Positions 37,000 through 50,583 are shown, numbered from the stretch's first letter. The stretch: DNA of 64,000 nt from an uncultured Clostridia bacterium (GCA_944387385.1 CALXES010000001.1:7713-71712); one strand, 5' to 3'. A program made the numbers and translations. Notes: generated by a model not told the origin, from the sequence alone.

Positions 37000-38079
37000 A
37001 TGGGAAGAAATTTATTAGATATATATATTGAAAAAAGAAGAGATAGTTTACAAAAAAAAGCAGATAAGCATCATTTATTTTCAGATTGGTGGTATTGTGT
37101 TGTAAATGGTAAAAGCTATAAAAAAGTTCCGTTTTTTAAAAGAATTAAGATGTATATTCATGGGTTTGAAAGTGATGCTTATGTAAATTATTCTTTAGAT
37201 AAGAACAATTATAAAGATTATTTAACAGAAACGCAAAGATGGAAATCTAGAGGTATAAATGGTGCATATAATATAGTCTTAGATGATAAAAGACTTTTTT
37301 ATGAAGCTTTTTCATCTCATGTAAAGATCCCAAAGACTGTTTTAAATATAGTTCATAATGTTGTGACTGATTATGAAACTCAAGAAGAAGTAAAGGTTGA
37401 AGATATTTTAGATTATATAAAAAAATATAAAGGACTAGCATTTAGACCAGCAAGTAGTGGCGGTGGAAAGTACGTAAGTATTGTTGTATATAAAGATGGA
37501 AAATATGATGTTAATGGAAAATTAATGGGTAAAAAAGATACAATTGAATTTTTAAAAACTCAATGTGATGATGTTGTAACTGAATATGTTTTTCAACACG
37601 AATATGCAAAGAAGATATTTCCTAAATCAGTAAATACTATCAGAATAGTTACTACTCAAATGAAAGATGGACAATGTATAATTCCTATTGCTTTACATAG
37701 ATTTGGTACTGAGCAATCTAAACCAGTAGATAATGCTTGTAGCGGTGGAATATTTGCTATGGTAGATGTTGATACGGGTAGAGTAGGACCATGTAAAAGC
37801 TATCTAACAGATGATACTTATTATACTCATCCAGATACTGGAGAAAAAATTGATGGGATTGTTATTCCAAGATGGGATGAAATAAAAGAAAAAGTAATAA
37901 AGATTGCAAAGAAATTTCCTTATATAAAATTTATAGGATGGGATATTGTAGTTACAGAAGATGATTTTGCTGTAATAGAGGGAAACACTTCAACTGGATT
38001 TGGATTTTTTCAAATGTTTGGACCTGCAAAGAATAGCAAGATTGGAGAGTTTTATAAAGAAAATGGTATAGTTAAATAA
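37000..38079 (+). CDS. ATP-grasp enzyme of the 'sugar-transfer associated' (ATPgrasp_ST-like) type
   Basis: LAFRPASSGGGK, NTIRIVT and GWDIVVTEDDFAVIEGN (ATP-grasp C-terminal Mg/ATP motif). It starts 10 nt after the ung stop. Confidence 0.6.
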   Translation: MGRNLLDIYIEKRRDSLQKKADKHHLFSDWWYCVVNGKSYKKVPFFKRIKMYIHGFESDAYVNYSLDKNNYKDYLTETQRWKSRGINGAYNIVLDDKRLFYEAFSSHVKIPKTVLNIVHNVVTDYETQEEVKVEDILDYIKKYKGLAFRPASSGGGKYVSIVVYKDGKYDVNGKLMGKKDTIEFLKTQCDDVVTEYVFQHEYAKKIFPKSVNTIRIVTTQMKDGQCIIPIALHRFGTEQSKPVDNACSGGIFAMVDVDTGRVGPCKSYLTDDTYYTHPDTGEKIDGIVIPRWDEIKEKVIKIAKKFPYIKFIGWDIVVTEDDFAVIEGNTSTGFGFFQMFGPAKNSKIGEFYKENGIVK

Positions 38080-38087
38080 AAATTAAT

Positions 38088-38117
38088 AAGATAGGTGACG
38101 TAACCTATCTTTTTTTG
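38088..38117 (+). terminator. Rho-independent terminator
   Basis: Stem aagataggt/acctatctt with a 6-nt loop and T6. Confidence 0.85.
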
Positions 38118-38165
38118 TCCTTTTATGATATAATATGGTAGTTAAAAAAGGAGAATGAGCAAGAA

Positions 38166-39188
38166 ATGAAGACAAGCGATTTTTATTATGATTTACCTCA
38201 TGAGCTTATAGCTCAGACACCACTTAAAAATAGACAAAAATCTAGAATGATGGTACTTGATAGAAATAAAGATAAAGTGGAACATAAAATTTTTGAAGAT
38301 ATAGTAGATTATATAAATCCTGGTGATACTTTAGTTTTAAATGATACTAAAGTAATACCAGCAAGACTTTATGGACATAGAGTAGGTAAAGAAGAAAAAA
38401 TAGAAGTACTTCTTTTAAAAGAACTTACAGACGATAAATGGCAAACATTGGTAAAGCCCGGAAAAAAATGTAAAATTGGCACAATAATTGAATTTTCAGA
38501 TAAATTATCTTTAGAAATAGTAGATATATTAGAAGATGGTCAAAGAATAATAAAATTCAAATATGATGGTATTTTTAATGAAATATTAGATGAACTTGGA
38601 ACAATGCCACTACCACCATATATTACAGAAAAACTTGATGATCAAGATAGATATCAAACAGTGTACTGTAAGAATAGAGGAAGTGCTGCAGCTCCTACAG
38701 CTGGGCTACATTTTACTAAAGAAGTATTAAAAAAACTTGAAGAAAAAGGAGTAAATTTAGTCTATGTTACTTTACATGTAGGACTTGGAACTTTTAGACC
38801 AGTTAAAGTAGATGATGTTACAAAACATGAAATGCATAGTGAATATTATGTTATAACTAAAGAAGCTTGTGACATAATAAATAAGACAAAAAAAGATGGA
38901 AAAAGAGTAATTTCTGTTGGTACTACTTCTTGTAGAGTACTTGAGAGTGCTACAGCAGATGATGGTATAATTTATCCACGTGCTGAAGAAACAAATATAT
39001 TTATATATCCAGGATATAAATTTAAGATGATTGATGGATTACTTACTAATTTTCATTTACCAGAATCAACATTAATAATGCTTGTTTCAGCACTTGCAAC
39101 AAAAGATAAAATAATGGAAGCATATAAGATTGCAGTAGAAGAAAAGTATAGATTCTTTAGCTTTGGAGATTGTATGCTAATATTATAG
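38166..39188 (+). CDS. queA: S-adenosylmethionine:tRNA ribosyltransferase-isomerase
   Basis: FxYDLPxELIAQxP start, [16 protein letters not shown] and GTTSxRxLES motifs. Confidence 0.96.
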   Translation: MKTSDFYYDLPHELIAQTPLKNRQKSRMMVLDRNKDKVEHKIFEDIVDYINPGDTLVLNDTKVIPARLYGHRVGKEEKIEVLLLKELTDDKWQTLVKPGKKCKIGTIIEFSDKLSLEIVDILEDGQRIIKFKYDGIFNEILDELGTMPLPPYITEKLDDQDRYQTVYCKNRGSAAAPTAGLHFTKEVLKKLEEKGVNLVYVTLHVGLGTFRPVKVDDVTKHEMHSEYYVITKEACDIINKTKKDGKRVISVGTTSCRVLESATADDGIIYPRAEETNIFIYPGYKFKMIDGLLTNFHLPESTLIMLVSALATKDKIMEAYKIAVEEKYRFFSFGDCMLIL

Positions 39189-39200
39189 AAAGGAAATAAT

Positions 39201-40089
39201 ATGTTAGAGGTAAAAAATTTAAGTAAATATTTTGGAATAAAAAAAGCAGTAGATGATGTTTCGTTTAAAGTTGAAGACGGACATATATTAGGTGTTCTTG
39301 GAAAAAATGGTGCAGGTAAGTCTACAATTTTTAGAATGATATTAAATATACTTGAACCAGATGAAGGAGAAGTATTATATGATGGCAAAAAAATAGATTA
39401 TTCAATGTCAGATAAAATTGGTTATTTGCCAGAAGTTGGCTCTTTAATAGATTCATATACAGTATATGAGCAATGTATGTATTATGGAAAAATGAAGTCA
39501 ATGAAAAGTGAAGATATAAAAAATAATATGTTTGAACTATTAGAGCAATTTGGAATTGTTGAATATGCTAATATGAAAATAAAAGAGCTATCAAAAGGAA
39601 ATAAGCAGAAAATACAATTTATTATATCACTATTACATAATCCAGAACTACTAATTTTAGATGAACCTTTTTCAGGATTAGATCCTGTAAGCGTAGAATA
39701 TTTTAAAAGAATAATACTTGAGCTAAAAAATCAAGGAAAAACAATTATTTTTTCATCACATATTATGAGTCAAGTAGAAATGCTTTGTGAAGAGGTATTA
39801 ATAATAGACAATGGTAAAGTAGTTTTAAATTGTAACTTAGAAGAAATTAAACAAGAATATGCAAGTAAAACTTTAGATATAACAGGAAAAATTGCAGATA
39901 GTACACTAAAACAAATAGCGATTTTTGGAAAAATTGAAAAAAAAGAGAATAACAGATATTTAGTAAATCTTGCCAATAAAGAGAGAATAGGAGATGTATT
40001 TAGACTATTATATACAAGTGACATAACAAAGTTTAGTGTATTAAATGTATCTTTAAATGATATATTTTTAGATAAGGTAGGTACTGCAT

Positions 40090-40100
<11 letters not shown>
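39201..40100 (+). CDS. ABC transporter ATP-binding protein (ABC-2 type, with a C-terminal accessory domain)
   Basis: Walker A GKNGAGKST, signature LSKGNKQK, Walker B LLILDEP and the H-loop. It starts 12 nt after the queA stop. Confidence 0.92.
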
Positions 40101-43499
<3,399 letters not shown>

Positions 43500-43525
43500 T
43501 ATATAAGTAAGGTGAAGTAATAACT

Positions 43526-45115
43526 ATGGATAAAGAGTCAAGAACATTAAAAAGACATGTAAGAAAATCTGAAAATTTAATATTTAGAATAGTATTTAAA
43601 ACGTTATTTTCTATCGCGGCATTAGCTTTACAAATAGCAGTGTTTGTTGCTTTAATGAGAGCAACGGGGAGTGTTTATTCTTCAAGATTTTTTATATACA
43701 ACTCAATAAGGATAATTGCTGTAGTGTATATACTATATAAACATGACTCAGCTATATATAAACTTTCTTGGATTTTATTTATTATGTTTATGCCTGTCTT
43801 TGGAATATGCGTATTTATTCTTTGGGGAAATAGTAGATTAAGAAGGCAAAAACAAGTTGAAATAAAAGAGATTGAAAATGATACAAACTATTTACTAGAT
43901 AATTCTTTTAAGATTGATGAAGAAATAAAAAGCAAAGATAAACATGTGTATAATATGTTAAGATATATTCAAAATATCACGTCTTATCCAGTTTGTGCAA
44001 ATAAATCTAGCAAGTATTATGAGTTAGGAGATAAAGTATTTGTAGACTTAAGAAAAGACTTAATGGAAGCAAAACATTATATTTTTATGGAATTTTATAT
44101 AATAGATAAAGGAGAAATTGCACAAGAGATTTTTAGAATATTAAAAAAGAAGGTAAAAGAAGGGGTAGATGTTAAAATAATATACGACTCTTATGGATGT
44201 ATAGGAAAATTTACTAAAAAAATGCGTGAGGATTTAATTAAAGCCGGAGTAGAAGTATATACTTTTAATCCACTTACATTGTTTATTAATACATATTTTA
44301 ATAATCGTTTGCATAGAAAAATTGTAGCAATAGATGGTAAAGTATCATATACAGGTGGATTTAATCTTGCAGATGAATATGCAAATATAAAAGAAAAGTT
44401 TGGCCATTGGAAGGATGCTGGTATTAGGTTTGAAGGAGATATATCTTGGAACTTTAGTTTAATGTTTTTAAGAGATTTAAGACTTATAGATAAAAATGTA
44501 AAAATAGATTTTGATGAATATAAAAAATATAGTCTATATGAAAAAAAAGAAGACATTGTCTCAAAAGGAATAGCTGTTGCAATGTCTGATGGCCCTAATA
44601 ATAGAAAAAATCCAACAGAGGCAGTATATATGAAAATAATCGATACTGCAACAGATTATGTATATATAACAACACCATATTTTGCAATTTCTGAAGAGAT
44701 GCTATCATCGCTTTTAAATGCAGCCAGAAGTGGTGTAGATGTTAGAATTATTCTTCCACATATTCCGGATAAAAAGATAGTACAGATGTCTACAAGATCA
44801 TATTATGAAGTGCTTTTATCTGCTGGAATTAAAGTATATGAGTATAAACCTGGATTTATTCATTCAAAAACTTTTGTGTCAGATGATAAAATTGGAATTG
44901 TTGGAAGTGCTAATATGGACTATAGAAGTATGAATTTAAATTATGAATGCATTAGTCTTATATATGATACAGGAGTAGAAAATGATATAAAAAATGATTT
45001 TATTAATATGACAGAAAATGCTTGTATTGAAGTTAAACTTAAGGATTGGATAAAGAGACCATTTTATAAAAAAATTGTTGAATCACTTCTTACTACTTTT
45101 TCAACAATGTTTTAG
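43526..45115 (+). CDS. cls: cardiolipin synthase
   Basis: N-terminal TM helices and two HKD motifs (HRKIVAIDG and HSKTFVSDD). Confidence 0.92.
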   Translation: MDKESRTLKRHVRKSENLIFRIVFKTLFSIAALALQIAVFVALMRATGSVYSSRFFIYNSIRIIAVVYILYKHDSAIYKLSWILFIMFMPVFGICVFILWGNSRLRRQKQVEIKEIENDTNYLLDNSFKIDEEIKSKDKHVYNMLRYIQNITSYPVCANKSSKYYELGDKVFVDLRKDLMEAKHYIFMEFYIIDKGEIAQEIFRILKKKVKEGVDVKIIYDSYGCIGKFTKKMREDLIKAGVEVYTFNPLTLFINTYFNNRLHRKIVAIDGKVSYTGGFNLADEYANIKEKFGHWKDAGIRFEGDISWNFSLMFLRDLRLIDKNVKIDFDEYKKYSLYEKKEDIVSKGIAVAMSDGPNNRKNPTEAVYMKIIDTATDYVYITTPYFAISEEMLSSLLNAARSGVDVRIILPHIPDKKIVQMSTRSYYEVLLSAGIKVYEYKPGFIHSKTFVSDDKIGIVGSANMDYRSMNLNYECISLIYDTGVENDIKNDFINMTENACIEVKLKDWIKRPFYKKIVESLLTTFSTMF

Positions 45116-45126
45116 GGGGAAAGCTT

Positions 45127-46308
45127 ATGGAGAAATATTCTTTAGTACTTGAAGGTGGAGGAGCAAAGGGAGCATATCAAGTTGGTGCTATAAAAGCTTT
45201 AAAAAAGAGAGGACTAGAGATTGAATGTATTGTTGGAACTTCTATTGGAGCTATTAATGCTGCGTTTATTGCACAAGGAGATATAGATAAGTTAGAGGAA
45301 TTATGGCAAACTCTATCTTTTCAAGATTTAATGGATATAAACAATGAATTTATTGAAAATATAATCAGTATGAATTTTACATCAGAAATATTAAATGAGG
45401 CTGCAAAAAAATTTGTTAAAGCTTTTAAAGAAAGAGGAATTGATACTGCAAATATTAGACAGTTACTCGAAAAATATATAGATGAAGAAAAGATAAGAAA
45501 TAGTGATATTAGATTTGGTCTAGTTACATATTGTCTTACAAATATGAAACCACAAAAGTTATTTATTGAGGATATTCCAAAAGGAAAGCTTGTAGATTAT
45601 TTAATGGCAACTTCAAATTTACCAGTATTTAAAAGACAAAAAATAGATAATATGAGTTTTCTTGATGGTGGAGCATATGATAATTGCTCTGTAGAAATGT
45701 TATATGATGCTGGATATAAGAATATAATAGCAATTAAACTTTTTAAAAAGAGAAATAGAATTAGAAATTACTCAAAATTAAAAAGTAATAAGGACCTAAA
45801 TCTAAATATTATAGTCCCTAGTGAAGAGCTACCGTTTATACTAAACTTTGAAACTAAAACTTTAAATAAACTTTTAAAATATGGATATATAGATACAATA
45901 AAGCAGATAGATAAACTTGATGGATATAAATATGCTATATATAAGATTGAAGATGAAGAGATATATAAACTAAAAGATGTTTTTAATCCAATTTTTTCTT
46001 TGGAGTTTGTTCAGTACACAAAGTCATCATATAAAATTGGAGATAATATTATTAGTGTTGCATTAGAGAAGTCATTAAGAAAAGTTTGTATGTTTCTTTG
46101 TGGTGTAAATACAAAATCATTTAAAAGACAAGTACTTAGCCTAATTGAGTATGTAGCGGAAAAAGGTAATGTATCAAAAAATAAAATATACACATTTGAT
46201 GATTTAATAATTAGAGCAAAGAAAGTAGCAAATAAAAATATTGAAAAATCCAAAGGAATAGAAAAAGCTGCATATTATTTTATAGAAAATATTAAAGAAG
46301 ATGAATAA
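45127..46308 (+). CDS. patatin-like phospholipase with an uncharacterised C-terminal extension
   Basis: GGGAKGAYQVG oxyanion loop, GTSIGA nucleophile elbow and a DGG catalytic Asp. The last ~150 residues have no motif I recognise. Confidence 0.85.
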   Translation: MEKYSLVLEGGGAKGAYQVGAIKALKKRGLEIECIVGTSIGAINAAFIAQGDIDKLEELWQTLSFQDLMDINNEFIENIISMNFTSEILNEAAKKFVKAFKERGIDTANIRQLLEKYIDEEKIRNSDIRFGLVTYCLTNMKPQKLFIEDIPKGKLVDYLMATSNLPVFKRQKIDNMSFLDGGAYDNCSVEMLYDAGYKNIIAIKLFKKRNRIRNYSKLKSNKDLNLNIIVPSEELPFILNFETKTLNKLLKYGYIDTIKQIDKLDGYKYAIYKIEDEEIYKLKDVFNPIFSLEFVQYTKSSYKIGDNIISVALEKSLRKVCMFLCGVNTKSFKRQVLSLIEYVAEKGNVSKNKIYTFDDLIIRAKKVANKNIEKSKGIEKAAYYFIENIKEDE

Positions 46309-46325
46309 ATCATCTTCTTTTTTTA
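46294..46325 (+). terminator. Rho-independent terminator overlapping the stop codon
   Basis: Stem aaagaagatga/tcatcttcttt with a 5-nt loop and a T-run. Confidence 0.8.
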
Positions 46326-46350
46326 TATAATTTATTGGTGATGAAAAATT

Positions 46351-47145
46351 ATGAAAGTTCATATCATAGGAGAAGATAAAAGAACATTAAATTTAAGAGA
46401 AATTTATAAAGATGAATGTGTTAGTTTAGATGAGGCAGATATTGTTTTTTGTCCTATTCCTTTTAGTAAAAATGGAAATATAATAAATAGTACTAATATG
46501 TGCGTAGATACTTTAATAGAAAGTATGAAAAATAGCGGAAAAAAATTGATATCTGGATCAATTAGAAAAGATGTAATGGAAAAGCTAAAAGAAAATAACA
46601 TTGATGTAATAGACTTAATGGAATATGAAGATTTTAGTATAAAAAATGCGGCAGCTACAAGTGAAGGAGCAATAAAAAAAGCAATTGAAATGACAGACAT
46701 TACTCTTAATAATTCTAATATTTTGATTTTAGGTTTTGGTAGAATTGGTAAGTGTTTGGCTAGAAATTTAAGTGGTTTTGGAGCAAATATTTTTTGTGAA
46801 GCAAGAAAGAAAAGTGATATTGCATTAATTAAAACTATAGGATATAATGAAGTAGATTTAAAAGATATAGATGCTGTTTTACCATATATGGATATTATTT
46901 TTAATACTATTCCTTATATTATTTTAGATAGGGATAGAATAGATCTGCTAAAAAATAAGGCTTGTGTTATAGATTTAGCTTCTGCTCCAGGGGGAGTAGA
47001 TTTTGAGTATATATATGAGAAGAAAATAAATACAAGCTGGTACTTAGCTATTCCGTCTAAAGATTCACCATATACTGCAGCTCTATATATTAAGGAAACA
47101 GTAGATAATATATTAGGAGAGGAAGATAATGGGAGAGAAAATTAA
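46351..47145 (+). CDS. dipicolinate synthase subunit A (DpaA/SpoVFA)-like NAD(P)-binding protein
   Basis: AATSEGAI, GFGRIGKCLARNL, FNTIP and DLASAPGG motifs follow the DpaA pattern. No dpaB-like gene is adjacent. Confidence 0.65.
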   Translation: MKVHIIGEDKRTLNLREIYKDECVSLDEADIVFCPIPFSKNGNIINSTNMCVDTLIESMKNSGKKLISGSIRKDVMEKLKENNIDVIDLMEYEDFSIKNAAATSEGAIKKAIEMTDITLNNSNILILGFGRIGKCLARNLSGFGANIFCEARKKSDIALIKTIGYNEVDLKDIDAVLPYMDIIFNTIPYIILDRDRIDLLKNKACVIDLASAPGGVDFEYIYEKKINTSWYLAIPSKDSPYTAALYIKETVDNILGEEDNGREN

Positions 47146-47977
47146 TGTAAAAGATATTGTAAAAAGAAAAAAAGAAGAGTTAAAGCAAAGAGTTGAATTC
47201 CTAAAAAAAGAGGGAATTCAACCTAAACTTGCTGTAATACTTGCAAGTGAAGATGAAGCATCAAAAATATATGTCGGAAAAAAGCGAAAGATGTGTGATG
47301 AGCTTGGAATAGAGCAAGTTGAATATATTTTTGATAGAAATATTACTACAGAAAATATAGTAGATATAGTAGAAAAGTTAAATAAAGATAGAAGTGTAAA
47401 TGGTATTTTAGTTCAATTACCACTTTTTAAACATATTGATATGGACAAGGTATTAGATACGATTTCTGATAAAAAGGATGTTGACGGATTCCACCCACTT
47501 ACTCTAGGAAAATTATTTATAGGAGAAAAAGAGACTTTTATTTCATGCACTCCTAAAGGAATAATGACAATACTTGATGATATAGGAACAGATTACGAAG
47601 GAAAGCATGCTGTAATAGTAGGAAGAAGTAGAATTGTTGGAAAACCTATATCACAGCTTCTTTTAAAAAGAGGTGCAACAGTTACTGTTTGTCATTCAAA
47701 GACAAAAGATATATCTGTTTTTACAAAACAAGCAGATATACTAGTGGCAGCTGTTGGTAGACCACATATAATAACAAAGGATATGATTAAACCAGGTGCA
47801 ATTGTTATAGATGTAGGAATTAATAGAGTAGATGGAAAGATACTTGGCGATGTTGATACAGAAAATGCATTAGAAGTTTGTAGTAAAATTACACCTGTTC
47901 CAGGTGGAGTAGGACTTACTACTGTACTTTCTCTACTTGAAAATGTTGTACAAGCTGCACAAGAACAAAATTTATAA
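47129..47977 (+). CDS. folD: bifunctional methylenetetrahydrofolate dehydrogenase/cyclohydrolase
   Basis: PKLAVILxxxDxASxxYV, DVDGFHP, GRSxIVGKP and PVPGGVGxxT motifs. It overlaps the upstream gene by 17 nt. Confidence 0.95.
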   Translation: MGEKINVKDIVKRKKEELKQRVEFLKKEGIQPKLAVILASEDEASKIYVGKKRKMCDELGIEQVEYIFDRNITTENIVDIVEKLNKDRSVNGILVQLPLFKHIDMDKVLDTISDKKDVDGFHPLTLGKLFIGEKETFISCTPKGIMTILDDIGTDYEGKHAVIVGRSRIVGKPISQLLLKRGATVTVCHSKTKDISVFTKQADILVAAVGRPHIITKDMIKPGAIVIDVGINRVDGKILGDVDTENALEVCSKITPVPGGVGLTTVLSLLENVVQAAQEQNL

Positions 47978-47986
47978 TAGAAATAA

Positions 47987-48017
47987 AAATACGAGAAGAG
48001 ATACTCGTATTTTTTTA
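47987..48017. terminator. bidirectional Rho-independent terminator
   Basis: Stem aaatacgag/ctcgtattt flanked by an A-run and a T-run, between convergent genes. Confidence 0.75.
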
Positions 48018-48018
48018 T

Positions 48019-48516
48019 TTAGAATTCTATTTTATACAGGCTATTGTAATACTCATAAAGATTATTTTTTCTTTGATAAATATCATTTTGGTAATTGATA
48101 TCTTCTGGCGAAAAATTTGGAGTAATATCTGCATCTTTTTTATAGTACTTTGCATATCTGTGAGATTTTGGAAATCTTATCATAAGTGTTGTATCTACTA
48201 TATAATCTTCTGTTTCAATCCAAACATGATCACCATTTGGACTATTTTTTGTTCCTTTAAGTATTTCTACTTTTCCTGTACATATTAGAGGATCTTCTAA
48301 AATAGACGATACATAATATGAAGTTAAAAGACAGTTGCCTATATTATAACCATCTTTAAATATTGTTTTTAGCGAGATTTTTTCACGTCCATCTACAAAT
48401 TTAATTCTAAATATTTTTTCTTCAAATTCTTTATTCCAGGCAAAATCCTCTAATTTAATTTTGTGACTTTTCGATATAATCAATCGCAAGAACTTAGAAG
48501 GTATCATTTGCATCAC
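48019..48516 (-). CDS. hypothetical protein with a transglutaminase/papain-like Cys-His-Asp pattern
   Basis: GNCLLTS ... GDHVWIETEDYIVDTT has the ordered C, H-x-W-x-E and D arrangement of transglutaminase-like cysteine peptidases. It is an isolated minus-strand gene. Confidence 0.45.
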   Translation of the reverse strand: MMQMIPSKFLRLIISKSHKIKLEDFAWNKEFEEKIFRIKFVDGREKISLKTIFKDGYNIGNCLLTSYYVSSILEDPLICTGKVEILKGTKNSPNGDHVWIETEDYIVDTTLMIRFPKSHRYAKYYKKDADITPNFSPEDINYQNDIYQRKNNLYEYYNSLYKIEF

Positions 48517-48655
48517 TTCCTTTAAAAAATATTTAGGAGATTTATTCTAACATAAAAAATTAAATGTGTAAATATAAATTTAAAAAATAAGTGGTATATA
48601 TAATGCTAAAAATTTAAAAGCAGAAAAAAATAGGTTAAATTTAGTTCATATTTAT

Positions 48656-48684
48656 TTGCAAAAAATGGCTATTAATGTTATAAT
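48656..48684 (+). promoter_or_regulatory. sigma-A-like promoter for the DMT transporter gene
   Basis: TTGCAA (48656-48661), 17-nt spacer, TGt-TATAAT (48679-48684). It lies inside the listed ORF extension. Confidence 0.5.
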
Positions 48685-48709
48685 TTCTGTGTTTAAGGAG
48701 GAATTTTTT

Positions 48710-49591
48710 ATGTGGACATTTTTTTGTCTTTTTACAGTAATTGCATGGGCATTAACAGAGCTTTTTGGAAAAATAGGTTCTAAAGACTCAGAAGATAAGT
48801 TAAGCCACTGGAAGATAACAGCTTCTGTTGGATTTGCCATGGGAGTCCTTGCACTTATATATATTTTTGTACTACATACTGATGTTTCAATTTCTAATAT
48901 AATATCATATTTACCAATATCTCTTTGCTATATAGTTTCTATGATATTTGGATATGTTGGACTTAGATATATAATGCTTTCTATATCTTCACCAATATCT
49001 AATGCTTCATGTGGAGTTACATCAATACTTTGTGTTATTTTCTTAGATCAAGTATTAACACCAATACAAATAGTTGCGGTTGTAGCTATAATTTTAGGAA
49101 TAATATTATTAGGATATACTTTTGTAGATAAGGATGAACAAAAGAAATCAGATAAGAAATATACTAAAAGTTTAATAGCCTTATCATTTCCTATTTTATA
49201 TTGTATTTTAGATGGAATAGGATCATTTATGGACGCCTTATACCTTGATGATTGCATAATGACAGAAAATGAAGTTACAGTATGTTATTTTTTAACATTC
49301 TTTGTTGTTGGAGTATTAGCGTGGATATATGTTAGTATAAAAGAGAAGAAATCATATAATATATTTAGTAATAAATGGTTTTGTTTTCAATCAGTTGGTG
49401 AAGCTGTAGGACAAATAACATATGTATTTGCACTTTCTGAGGCCCCAGCAATTGCAGCGCCACTTATTGCAACATACAGTATAGTTTCTGTTTTACTTTC
49501 AAGAATATTTTTAAAAGAAAAACTTACTAAACTTCAATATGTAATAATTGGAGTTGCCTTAGTTGCAATGTTTATATTATCATTTGAATAG
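48710..49591 (+). CDS. DMT-superfamily (EamA-like) transporter
   Basis: About 10 TM helices in two similar halves. The ATG at 48710 is 7 nt after GGAGG. Confidence 0.7.
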   Translation: MWTFFCLFTVIAWALTELFGKIGSKDSEDKLSHWKITASVGFAMGVLALIYIFVLHTDVSISNIISYLPISLCYIVSMIFGYVGLRYIMLSISSPISNASCGVTSILCVIFLDQVLTPIQIVAVVAIILGIILLGYTFVDKDEQKKSDKKYTKSLIALSFPILYCILDGIGSFMDALYLDDCIMTENEVTVCYFLTFFVVGVLAWIYVSIKEKKSYNIFSNKWFCFQSVGEAVGQITYVFALSEAPAIAAPLIATYSIVSVLLSRIFLKEKLTKLQYVIIGVALVAMFILSFE

Positions 49592-49667
49592 TAATTAAAG
49601 TACTCTTAATGAGTGCTTTTTTTTATTTTTTATGATATAATTTTGTAAAATATAAGGAGAAATGTAT

Positions 49668-50165
49668 ATGTTTAAGATAGAAAAAGCGAGAGAATGTGAT
49701 TCATTACAAATAGCTTTAGTTAATGTTTATACTTGGAAAACACAGTATACTGGCTTAATACCAGATGAACTAATAGATACTAGAATAAGAAATGTAGAAT
49801 TTTCAGAAGGAAAAATTAAAGAGCGAATAAAAGAAGATGGAAACTATATTGTTGTAAAAAAAGATAATACCGTAGTAGGATTTGTAAGATATGGAAAATG
49901 TGATATGAAAGATTATGAAAATTATGGAGAGATAAAAGCGTTATATTTACTTGAAGGTTTTCAGGGCAATGGTTTTGGTAGAGAATTATTTGAGATAGCA
50001 AGAGAAAAATTAAAAAATATGGGATATACTAAAATGCGTATAAATTGTCTTAAAGGTAATCCTACACTTGATTTTTATATCCATATGGGTGGAAAACATA
50101 TTGGTGAGTTTGAAAATAACATATCTGGATTTAGTGTAATGGAGGATATAATCATTTATGATTAG
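49668..50165 (+). CDS. GNAT-family N-acetyltransferase
   Basis: VGFVRY ... FQGNGFGRELF (Q/RxxGxG/A acetyl-CoA loop). The ATG at 49668 is 8 nt after AAGGAG. Confidence 0.85.
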   Translation: MFKIEKARECDSLQIALVNVYTWKTQYTGLIPDELIDTRIRNVEFSEGKIKERIKEDGNYIVVKKDNTVVGFVRYGKCDMKDYENYGEIKALYLLEGFQGNGFGRELFEIAREKLKNMGYTKMRINCLKGNPTLDFYIHMGGKHIGEFENNISGFSVMEDIIIYD

Positions 50166-50583
50166 AAAAAAAGACAGTAAAGATATAAAAAAAATTATGG
50201 ATATTTGGATAGCTTCTAATCTAGATGCACATAATTTTATTAGTAAAGATTACTTTTATAATAATTTTGATTTTGTTAAAGACGCTATTGAAAATGCTAC
50301 TGTATACGTATATGAGCAAGAGAGCAAGGTTATTGGATTTGTAGGCATAAATCAAGAATTTATTGAAGGAATATTTGTAGATAGAAATTATCGCTCTAAA
50401 GGTATTGGAAAGAAACTTATAGATTACTGTAAGAAAAATTATAATACTTTAAGTCTTAATGTATATTGTAAAAATAAAAAAGCAATAGAGTTTTATAAAA
50501 GAGAAGGCTTTGAGAGTTGTGAAAAAAAACTAGAAAAAGATAATAAAGAATTTGAATATGTAATGAAATGGAAAAGATATTGA
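50158..50583 (+). CDS. GNAT-family N-acetyltransferase
   Basis: IGFVGI ... YRSKGIGKKLI motif, and FYKREGF. It overlaps the upstream GNAT gene by 8 nt. Confidence 0.85.
   Translation: MIRKKDSKDIKKIMDIWIASNLDAHNFISKDYFYNNFDFVKDAIENATVYVYEQESKVIGFVGINQEFIEGIFVDRNYRSKGIGKKLIDYCKKNYNTLSLNVYCKNKKAIEFYKREGFESCEKKLEKDNKEFEYVMKWKRY

Noticed and set aside
45127-46308. The patatin-like phospholipase as a CBASS (CapV-like) defence effector.
   Set aside because: No cyclic-oligonucleotide synthase or other CBASS component is nearby. The gene is coupled to cardiolipin synthase and flanked by housekeeping genes.
49668-50583. The tandem overlapping GNAT genes as a GNAT-toxin/antitoxin (TacT/AtaT-like) module.
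   Set aside because: There is no small RHH/HTH antitoxin gene adjacent, and both are ordinary-sized GNATs. GNAT toxin modules consist of one GNAT plus a DNA-binding antitoxin.
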